The translations under genes and the position numbers were made by a program. From contig CAWCFX010000006.1 of assembly GCA_963795085.1 (NCBI GenBank), positions 512,001-576,000 of the forward strand: DNA of 64,000 nt. Direction: 5' to 3'. A model generated the notes under the pieces. It was not told the DNA's origin. It saw nothing but the letters and a program-made list of their open reading frames with translations, and searched no databases. Origin of the DNA: an uncultured Gemmatimonadales bacterium (lineage in GTDB: Bacteria; Gemmatimonadota; Gemmatimonadetes; Gemmatimonadales; GWC2-71-9). Shown piece by piece: positions 56,839 through 64,000 of this stretch (position 1 is the first letter of the stretch; each line of letters begins with the position of its first letter).

Positions 56839-57882
56839 TCAGATCTGGCTGAGCTTCACCGGCTCCCCGCGGGCCGCGCTCTGGTACACCGCGTGGGCGA
56901 TCTCCACCGCCCGGAACCCCGCCACGCCATCCGCGAGGGCGGTGCGCTCTCCCCGGGTCATCCGCAGGAAATCCGCCAGCTCCTCTTCGAACGAGAGCAG
57001 CGCGGTGGAGGTCCAGCTCTTGAGCTTCTCCCGGACCATGATCTCGGGATACAGCTTCCGCACCTTGCGGCGGGGGCCGCCCGGCTTGTCCTGGGTGATC
57101 AGCAGGTTCTGCATCGGGGCGTAGTACCCGCGTACCATCCCCTTCTCGCCGTACACTTCGACGAAGAACCGGTAGCCTTTCCATTCGGTCCAGGTGGCGT
57201 GATACACTGCCGGGATGCCGGTGGGACTCTTGAAGATGGCGAGGGCATTGTCTTCCGAGCCCGGCACCTGCCACACCCGGTTGCTCGCGATGCCGTACAC
57301 CGACTCGACCTCGCCCAGGATGTAGCGGCCCAGGTCGGTCATATGGATGCCCACGTCCATCATGGCCCCGCCGCCGGACACCGGGGACTTGTACTGCCAG
57401 TCGGCCCGGAAGTTGTGGAGGCCATCGTGGCCGCCGAAGATGCGCACGTGGTCCACCGCCCCGATCCGCCCCTCGTCCACCGCCTGCTTGAGGAACTTCA
57501 TGGATGGGTAGTAACGGTGGTTAAAGCCGGTCGCCAGCGTCTTGCCTGCCTTGCGGGAGGCCTCCACCATGCGGCGGCAGGCCTCGACCGTATTGGCCAG
57601 CGGCTTCTCGCAGAGCACATGCAGCCCTGCGTCCAGCGCGGCAACCACCGCCTCCTCGTGGAACTGGATCGGCGAGGACACCATGACCGCCTCGAGTCCG
57701 GGCAGGTCGAACAGGCCGCGCCAGTCGGACAGGGCGCGCCCTCCGCTCCCCTGCACCGCCCGTTCCGCGCTGGCCACCGCCGGATCCGCCACGCCGAGCA
57801 GCTCGGTGCCGGGATTGGTCTTGATGGTCTGGGCCCTGAGCTGGCCGATGGTGCCCGCCCCGATCACGCCGAATTTCATCAC
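56839..57882 (-). CDS. Gfo/Idh/MocA family NAD-dependent oxidoreductase
   Basis: GVIGAGTIG, HVLCEKPLA, GFNHRY, GGGAMMDVGIHMTD. Confidence 0.92.
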   Translation of the reverse strand: MMKFGVIGAGTIGQLRAQTIKTNPGTELLGVADPAVASAERAVQGSGGRALSDWRGLFDLPGLEAVMVSSPIQFHEEAVVAALDAGLHVLCEKPLANTVEACRRMVEASRKAGKTLATGFNHRYYPSMKFLKQAVDEGRIGAVDHVRIFGGHDGLHNFRADWQYKSPVSGGGAMMDVGIHMTDLGRYILGEVESVYGIASNRVWQVPGSEDNALAIFKSPTGIPAVYHATWTEWKGYRFFVEVYGEKGMVRGYYAPMQNLLITQDKPGGPRRKVRKLYPEIMVREKLKSWTSTALLSFEEELADFLRMTRGERTALADGVAGFRAVEIAHAVYQSAARGEPVKLSQI

Positions 57883-57903
57883 GTCTCCTTATCCGAGTGA
57901 CAC

Positions 57904-59328
57904 CTAGTCTTCGACCACGTGGGTCGCGAAAATTTTCCGGTAATTCTCCCATTTGGCCTGATCGAACCTCCCGTTCTCCAGGCAGTCCACCGCGCTGTAG
58001 GCCATGAACAGCGCATGATGGGTGTTGTCATGCGCGAAGAGCCCCTGCCGCCCATAGCTCAGCAGCCGGGGCAGTCCTTCCACCCAGGCATCCAGCGTAT
58101 TGAACGGGACTTCGTAGCCCTGGGTATAAATGGGGTAGGCCTGGCGAAGCCGGCGGGTGTGGACCCGGACCGGAGGGCGCGACAGCGGGATACCGGCGCG
58201 CGCCAGGTCCTCGGCCACCACCCGGCCCAGCCCTTCGTCGTCCAGGCTCCACCAGGGATCGTCGGGGGAGCAGGGCAGTTCCGCGCACAGCGTGGTGCGG
58301 CCCCGGGGTTCCGCCAGGGCCGCGTAGTTCTTGGGCTCCGACAGCCGGGTAATCCGGATGTTCGCGGCCGGGAAGTAATGCGCGTCGTACTCGGTGAACT
58401 GGTCCACGTCCAGCTCAAGGTAGACCAGCAGCATGGAGCGATACTCGATGGCCCCGCTGGCCGCCTTGACGTCCGCCGGCACTCCGTTCGCCATGGCCCG
58501 GGCCAGCACCGTGATGGGAATGGTGGACCAGACGTAGTCGGCCTCCAGCACCCGGCTCGACCCGTCTTTCTCCACGTGCACCTTCCAGGCGTCGTCGGTT
58601 CCCGGCGGCGGCTCCAGCCGGACCACTTTCCACCCCATCATGAACTCGGCCCCCGCCCCCTCGGCGGCCCCGGCGAACGCTTCACTGATCTGCCCGAATC
58701 CCTTCCGGGGGTAGAAGAATCGCCCCTGCCCCGGCGGCTTGAGGCCCGGGACGGCGGAGAGCACCTTCTTGATCAGCTTGCCGAAGGAGCCGGCGGACAC
58801 CCGGCGGCGGGCCTGGATGCCCGACAGCGTCTCCGGATCGCGGCCCCAGATCTTCCAGGCGTAGGGGAAATAGAACTCGCGGCAGATGGTGGGGCCGAGG
58901 TTGGCCATCAGCACCGACGCGAAGCTGTGCCCCTCGTCAGGGGCCTTACCCGCGGCCTTCGCCGCCATGTCTTTCAGGGTGCCGGCGGCGAATCCCTTGT
59001 CCAGCCGGAGCAGCAGGTCCACCGGCTTGAGCGGAAAGTGAATCAGCTTGCCGCGCAGGTGAATGCGGCCGTGTCGGGGCCGGTCCAGCAGGTCGTCGCC
59101 CAGCAGGTTTCTGATTTCGGCCATGAGGTGCGGTTCGGTCGCGGGGTGCAGCCGGTGGCTGCCGTAGTCCAGCCGTTGGCCCCCGGCCTCGAAACTCCCG
59201 GCGTTGCCTCCCACGACCTGGTTCTGCTCGATCACGGTAACCCGGGCCTTATGCTGGCGCCGCAGCTGGTAGGCGGCGCCGACGCCGGCGGGTCCGGCTC
59301 CGAGGATGACGATACGGGGTTCAGACAT
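57904..59328 (-). CDS. FAD-dependent oxidoreductase (UDP-galactopyranose mutase / HemY-like fold)
   Basis: ILGAGPAG, VGGNAGS, LDYGSHRL, PYAWKIWG, FFYPRKGFGQI, AYPIY, GRQGLFAHDNTHH. Start ATG 59328. Confidence 0.8.
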   Translation of the reverse strand: MSEPRIVILGAGPAGVGAAYQLRRQHKARVTVIEQNQVVGGNAGSFEAGGQRLDYGSHRLHPATEPHLMAEIRNLLGDDLLDRPRHGRIHLRGKLIHFPLKPVDLLLRLDKGFAAGTLKDMAAKAAGKAPDEGHSFASVLMANLGPTICREFYFPYAWKIWGRDPETLSGIQARRRVSAGSFGKLIKKVLSAVPGLKPPGQGRFFYPRKGFGQISEAFAGAAEGAGAEFMMGWKVVRLEPPPGTDDAWKVHVEKDGSSRVLEADYVWSTIPITVLARAMANGVPADVKAASGAIEYRSMLLVYLELDVDQFTEYDAHYFPAANIRITRLSEPKNYAALAEPRGRTTLCAELPCSPDDPWWSLDDEGLGRVVAEDLARAGIPLSRPPVRVHTRRLRQAYPIYTQGYEVPFNTLDAWVEGLPRLLSYGRQGLFAHDNTHHALFMAYSAVDCLENGRFDQAKWENYRKIFATHVVED

Positions 59329-60295
59329 GGGCAGTCGAGGTGCGGGCGGTTTTGGCGATGTCCAGGGCATCCCGGATCCGGAGACCCCGGCGCCGGCTCA
59401 GGGCCAGCCAGAGCAGGCCGCCGAGCAGGCCCCCGGCGATCAGGACGCTTTGCCAGAGCAGGGACGTGAGCACTCCGAGGGCCAGCGGCACCCCGAACGG
59501 CGCGAGGAGGGCGGCGAGACTGGCCTCCCGCACGGCGAGGCCGCCCAGACTGATCGGCATCAGGCCGGCGACCTTGGCCAGCGGCCAGGCGAGGAACCAG
59601 ACGGCGAGGGGGACCCGGACGCCGATGTGATGACCCAGCCAGGCATTCAGGAGCACGAATCCGCCCTGGATGGTGAGCGAAAGCGCGAGCCCGCCGATCG
59701 CGGTCCGGGGGCGGCGCGCCAGCCGCCGCAATGCGACCAGGCTGCGGCCCACCGGCCGGCGGATTCTGCGGGGCCAGCGGGCCAGTGGGCGGCGGAGGAC
59801 GAAGGGCAACAGGATGACGCCCAGCACCATGGTGAGCACCAGCGCGACCGTGAGCAGCTGGGCTCCCCACCCCGGCAGCGCATCCCGGGCAAAGAATCCG
59901 CCCACTGCCACCAGGATGGCCAGCGCGGTCACGTCGGTCAGCCGGTCCAGGACGCCCCCCCAGAGCGCGGCCTCCGGCCGCCGGGTGAACTTCCCCGCCA
60001 TGGCCATCCGGAGGAAGTCGCCGCCGATGATGCTGGGCAGGCAGAGATTGGCGAAGAGGCCGGCGGCGTAACACTGGGCCGCGTCGATTGCGCGAAGCCC
60101 GCCCCGGCCGGCATTCACGAAGAGCCGCCACTTGAAGATGCCCAGGACGTGTCCCAGCACGAACCCGCCCCAGACGCCGAGCCACACGGTGGAGGGAAGC
60201 TGGGTCAGCGCCTCCCACACCTTACCCCACGGCAGGAGAACGAAGATCAGGCCGAGCAGGACGCCACTGACGGCGACCTTGATCCAGAGCTTCAC
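59321..60295 (-). CDS. LPG-synthase TM-domain (UPF0104) flippase-like membrane protein
   Basis: About 8 TMs; KWRLF, FANLCLPSIIGGDFLR, LDRLTD, PISLGGLAVRE. Confidence 0.85.
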   Translation of the reverse strand: MKLWIKVAVSGVLLGLIFVLLPWGKVWEALTQLPSTVWLGVWGGFVLGHVLGIFKWRLFVNAGRGGLRAIDAAQCYAAGLFANLCLPSIIGGDFLRMAMAGKFTRRPEAALWGGVLDRLTDVTALAILVAVGGFFARDALPGWGAQLLTVALVLTMVLGVILLPFVLRRPLARWPRRIRRPVGRSLVALRRLARRPRTAIGGLALSLTIQGGFVLLNAWLGHHIGVRVPLAVWFLAWPLAKVAGLMPISLGGLAVREASLAALLAPFGVPLALGVLTSLLWQSVLIAGGLLGGLLWLALSRRRGLRIRDALDIAKTARTSTAHV

Positions 60296-61233
60296 CGTTT
60301 CATCGCCATGCGGGCGTTCTGGTCGGCCAGCAGCCCGACGGCGAACACGATCAGCGCCCCCAGAAAGAGCAGCACGGCGCTCTCCGACAGGTTGTCCCTG
60401 GTAACGTCATAGGCAAACTTGGCCAGCCCCCCCAGGGTGAGCAGCCCGGCGATCGGGATGAACACCTTGAGCGGGTTGAAGAACACAATGGTCCGCAGGA
60501 TCAGCAGGGTGAAATCGTAGGCGTGGCGGGGCCGGATCTTCGATTGCCCCAGCCGCGCGTGATAGTTGATCGGGATGTACTCCACCGGGTGGGCGTTGAC
60601 CGCGGATGAGAGCGTGATGGTCGTGGTGAACGAGAATCCCTCAGGAAGCAGGTGCTCGTATTTCTGCACCAGGTCCCGCCGCATCAGCCGGAGCCCCGAG
60701 TTGATGTCGGGCAGGTGCTGGCCGGCGAGATAACTGGCCAGCCACCGGAGAAAGGCCTTGGCCGGTCTCCGCACCAGGGGCACCTGCACGGTCTGGCCGG
60801 TCCGGGCGCCCACCACCATCGCGTTGTATTCGCTGGCGGCCAGCAGCGCGGGAATCGACTCGGTGGGGTAGGTGCCGTCCGCGTCCGTGATCAGGATCCA
60901 GGGGTGGCGGGCGGAGCGCACACCCAGCTTGAGCGCGGCGCCGTAGCCCCGGTTCTTGCGCCGCCTGAGCACCCGAACGCCGGTCGTGGCGGCCTGTTCG
61001 GCGGTGTCATCCCCGCTGCCATCGTCCACGACGATGATCTCGTATTCCCAGCCGGAGCCGCGCATGACGGCGTCCACGGCGCGGACCTGGTCCGCCACGT
61101 GAGCCGCTTCGTTGTAGGCGGGGATCACCACGGTTACCGCCCGCGGGAGGGTGCCGGACTGGTCGTCGACAACCTCCTCGATCCGGGACCGGGACGCCGG
61201 GGTCGCCGGCCGGGGTTCAACGCTGATGCTCAT
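60292..61233 (-). CDS. Polyprenyl-phosphate glycosyltransferase (GT2) with two C-terminal TMs
   Basis: VIPAYNE, VDDGSGDDT, NRGYGAAL, TDADGTY, DINSGLR, FSFTTT, PINYHARLGQSK. Confidence 0.88.
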   Translation of the reverse strand: MSISVEPRPATPASRSRIEEVVDDQSGTLPRAVTVVIPAYNEAAHVADQVRAVDAVMRGSGWEYEIIVVDDGSGDDTAEQAATTGVRVLRRRKNRGYGAALKLGVRSARHPWILITDADGTYPTESIPALLAASEYNAMVVGARTGQTVQVPLVRRPAKAFLRWLASYLAGQHLPDINSGLRLMRRDLVQKYEHLLPEGFSFTTTITLSSAVNAHPVEYIPINYHARLGQSKIRPRHAYDFTLLILRTIVFFNPLKVFIPIAGLLTLGGLAKFAYDVTRDNLSESAVLLFLGALIVFAVGLLADQNARMAMKR

Positions 61234-61249
61234 GCCGCGACATGACCTT

Positions 61250-62920
61250 TCATGGGTTCCTCGATTTCATGACCACGATGGCGCCGCCCCCGATGGTGCC
61301 GGGGAACCGGGCGGCCTCGGTGTACCCGGACTCCAGGCGCTGCCAGATCTGGGGCTGCACCACGGCCAGCCGGATGGGGAAGGTATAGAGCACCCAGGTC
61401 AGCCGGTCGGCGGCCTCGATGCGGGTGAGTTGAGCCAGACTGTCCACCGGGATGTAGTCCCTGCGGTAATAGGCCTGGTAGGGAAACCGGGTCAGGTCCA
61501 CGGTGACGATGGAGTCTCCCGGCCGCACCGAGGTGTCGAGGAACTCGCTGGCCCGGGTAAAGTCCTGCTTGGGATACCAGGCCCGGGGCACGGTGGTGGC
61601 GCTGGCCGCGATGACCAGGGCCGTGACTGCCGGCGCCACCAGCGCCAGCCGCCCCGGCAGGATCCGCTCCACCAGGGCGTACCCGCCCCGGATCACGATC
61701 AGGATGCCGAAGCCGGCGCTGAAGAAGAAGAACCGGGGCCACAGGTTGTGCTGCAGCGCCAGCAAGGCCGCGGCGCTCACCGCGGCCGGCAGCAGCATGA
61801 CGGCGAGGATGGCCCGGCCGCGCCGCCAGTAGCTGGCCAGCCCGGCCGCAACCACCAGTCCGCCCAGGCCCAGGGTCAGCCAGCCACCCGGAATCCCCTG
61901 CCGCAGGCCCCGGAGTGACTCCGTCAGAAACCAGAGCGGGCTCTGCCACTCGGTGGCGGCGGCGCCCCTCGGCGGGTTGAGCACGGTACCGAAGACCTGG
62001 GGCAGCACCAGCGCATAGAGCTGCAGCGTCAGCGTTGCGGCGAAGGCCATGCCGAAAAACGGGATCCATCCGTCCAGCCCCCGCGGAGAGGGCGCCCGGA
62101 AAAACAGCACCAGCCAGGTGATGAAATGCGCCACCACCACCAGCACCGCGGTGATGTGGGTGTAGGCGGCCAGCGCCATGCAGGCGGCGTAGAGCATCGC
62201 CAGCAGCCAGGGCCGCTGGTAGCGGCCGGTTATCAGCCGGAGAAAGCAGGCACTGCCGAGCAACGTCCACAGCAGAAGCCCGGTGTACCCCCGGGCGTTC
62301 TGGCTGAACCAGACGTGGTGGTACGAGAACGCCAGGAACGCGGCGGCCAGCACCGACTCGGTGCGGCCGGTGACCAGCCGGGCGAAGAGATACACCGCCC
62401 ACAGCGAGAGAATCCCCATGGCGGCCGCCGGGAGCCGGAGCGCCAGGGCGCTCTCCCCGAACAGGTCAAAGGCCAGGCGGGCGAGCACCGAGTAGAACAG
62501 GTGCTGGTTCTGGCTGTCGTACGTGGTGAGGATCTGGCCCATCGGCCGGCGGACGTACTCGACCAGGGTCTGGATCTCGTCAAACCAGAGCCCGTTGGGC
62601 AGCTGGTACAGCCGGAGAAGTGCCCCCACCAGCAGGATGGCCGCCACCAGGGCCCACTCGTAGCGGGGGGCCCGCGCGGTCGGCTCCTGGGTCATCGGCG
62701 AGAGGGCGGCCGACCGCACCCGGAGCATGGGAATGGCGGGGATTGCCGCAATCAGCACCGCGTGCAGCACCAGGCCGGCCTTGAAGCACCAGACCCCCGC
62801 CCGGACGGTCGCCAGCATGGGCGAGCCTGCCCCGGCCAGACCGATGGCAACGGCGTCGGTCGGCAGCAGGATCCCAAGCAGGGCCAGCCCAGCGGCAAGG
62901 ACGATGCTAGTTCGTGACAT
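61250..62920 (-). CDS. GT-C fold (GT39/GT83-like) integral membrane glycosyltransferase
   Basis: LRLYQL...GLWFDE, ALRLPAA, FSQNARGY, AAYTH, WPRFF; many TMs and a C-terminal periplasmic domain. Confidence 0.85.
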   Translation of the reverse strand: MSRTSIVLAAGLALLGILLPTDAVAIGLAGAGSPMLATVRAGVWCFKAGLVLHAVLIAAIPAIPMLRVRSAALSPMTQEPTARAPRYEWALVAAILLVGALLRLYQLPNGLWFDEIQTLVEYVRRPMGQILTTYDSQNQHLFYSVLARLAFDLFGESALALRLPAAAMGILSLWAVYLFARLVTGRTESVLAAAFLAFSYHHVWFSQNARGYTGLLLWTLLGSACFLRLITGRYQRPWLLAMLYAACMALAAYTHITAVLVVVAHFITWLVLFFRAPSPRGLDGWIPFFGMAFAATLTLQLYALVLPQVFGTVLNPPRGAAATEWQSPLWFLTESLRGLRQGIPGGWLTLGLGGLVVAAGLASYWRRGRAILAVMLLPAAVSAAALLALQHNLWPRFFFFSAGFGILIVIRGGYALVERILPGRLALVAPAVTALVIAASATTVPRAWYPKQDFTRASEFLDTSVRPGDSIVTVDLTRFPYQAYYRRDYIPVDSLAQLTRIEAADRLTWVLYTFPIRLAVVQPQIWQRLESGYTEAARFPGTIGGGAIVVMKSRNP

Positions 62921-62967
62921 TCAATGGGTTAGGTAAGCACAGTGCGGCCAAATCGCGCCCCCTTAAG

Positions 62968-62984
62968 AGCAATGTCCGTTCCAG
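62968..62984 (-). promoter_or_regulatory. Sigma54 promoter heading the long minus-strand glycosylation operon
   Basis: Minus strand CTGGAACGGACATTGCT, one mismatch from TGGCACG-N4-TTGCW, about 48 nt before ATG 62920. Confidence 0.7.
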
Positions 62985-63022
62985 CAACCCACTTGGGGAC
63001 GCGGGCGCGATGCACTAAGATG

Positions 63023-63040
63023 TGTGGCAGGCGTGCAACA
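63023..63040. promoter_or_regulatory. Putative activator/regulator site
   Basis: TGTGGCAGGCGTGCAACA, fourth copy of the 18-bp palindrome. Confidence 0.5.
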
Positions 63041-63220
63041 AACAAGCCGGTTGAATATCCGTGGCGCTAGCATCCAACGTGCAGCGCCGGAAGAACCCGT
63101 CCGGCAGGAACGGCCGATTTACGGTCCCGGGCGCCGCCCGGTTGGCTGGATGAACCGGCTCGGTAGTTCGCCTGCCGGCGGCCGTCGGCCGCCGACTCAC
63201 TTCCGTTTATAGCGACCAGG

Positions 63221-64000
63221 ATGATCACAGCCGACGCCGGGAAGACAGCGCCGACAGGGGGTTCGGGCCGGACCGGCATGCGGCTGACCCCGGCCGGCGC
63301 CATCCTGTTGGGGGTCGCGGGCTGGCTGGCCTACGTGCTCGCCCTCGAGATCCGCAACCCTCGCCTGGTCGCGTCCTGGCACGGCTTCCTCCACACCGCG
63401 ATTGCGAACCGGCCGGCCTCGGGGGGCATGATTCCCGAGAATCCGTTTTTCGCCGGGGAGCCACTTCCCTATTACTGGTTCTTTCACCGGATCGCGGGTA
63501 CGCTGGCCGGCGGGTTCGGCATCGACCCCCTCAGCGCGCTCCGCCTGCTGACGCTGGCCGGCCTCGTCCTCCTGGTGATCACCGCGGTGATGGTGGGTTG
63601 GAAAGTGCTTCGGTCCGCCGAAGCCGGCCTGGTCATCGGCCTGCTGGCCCTGACGGGACTCAATCCGCTGGGCCCGGGGATCGCCGCCGCGCGACACTAC
63701 ACCCAGGGCGCGGAACTCTTCGAACGGGATTCCGGCGGAGCGGCGGTGGAGACGGCGTTCGTCTCCAACGAGGCCGCCGACCAGCTGATGAGCCGGAACC
63801 TCCTGGGCCGCATGTATTTCTCGACCGACTGGCGGCACGGGGAGAACATCACCTGGTTCCTCGACATCTCGTCGCGGGGCCTGGCGCTGGCGCTGATCAT
63901 GCTGCTGGTTGCGCTGACCCTGCGGGAGCGGCCGACAGCCGGCCGCCTGGCCTACACCGGGCTCACCGCCGCGATGCTCGCGGCGCTCAATCCGATCGTG
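63221..64000 (+). CDS. Polytopic membrane protein, probable GT-C / DUF2298-like, 3' end beyond the window
   Basis: Not in the ORF track; translated by hand: MITADAG...AILLGVAGWLAYVLAL...SWHGFLH...IPENPFFAGEPLPYYWFFH...; open to the end of the window. Confidence 0.65.
   Translation, partial: MITADAGKTAPTGGSGRTGMRLTPAGAILLGVAGWLAYVLALEIRNPRLVASWHGFLHTAIANRPASGGMIPENPFFAGEPLPYYWFFHRIAGTLAGGFGIDPLSALRLLTLAGLVLLVITAVMVGWKVLRSAEAGLVIGLLALTGLNPLGPGIAAARHYTQGAELFERDSGGAAVETAFVSNEAADQLMSRNLLGRMYFSTDWRHGENITWFLDISSRGLALALIMLLVALTLRERPTAGRLAYTGLTAAMLAALNPIV

Overview
GC-rich bacterial window (a Gemmatimonadota-like organism is my inference, not shown) holding one large cell-envelope glycan biosynthesis and decoration island. 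Left to right: a sigma54 response regulator (partial); an EPS/exosortase core (wzc, a REC-degenerate GGDEF protein, a wza-like SLBB protein, priming sugar transferase, exosortase, EpsI, GT2, GT4); six tandem membrane-anchored sulfatase-fold proteins with Thr (TLP[S/A]H) in place of the formylglycine Cys/Ser; PAPS synthesis genes (cysN with a dead kinase domain, a cysQ-cysC fusion, cysD); and an ECF sigma/anti-sigma cassette. Next comes an operon with a probable selenocysteine-containing ABC binding protein (in-frame TGA plus SECIS-like hairpin), permease, ATPase, an AlgE-like porin and two flavin-dependent halogenase-like enzymes. Divergent from it is a proline-to-pyrrole triad (acyl-CoA dehydrogenase, carrier protein, Pro-coded adenylation enzyme) flanking two MBOAT-SGNH fusions. 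The right end holds a sulfotransferase, sugar oxidoreductases, polyprenyl-phosphate GT2s, a flippase-like protein and GT-C transferases. Recurring sigma54 -24/-12 motifs, a TGTKGC-N6-GCMACA palindrome and IHF-like sites suggest one regulon. Best candidate for a new system: Dlt/AlgIJ-like transfer of (halo)pyrrole-2-carbonyl groups onto a sulfated surface glycan. I saw no rRNA, tRNA, CRISPR or mobile elements. All product calls come from motif recognition by eye; no database searches were run.
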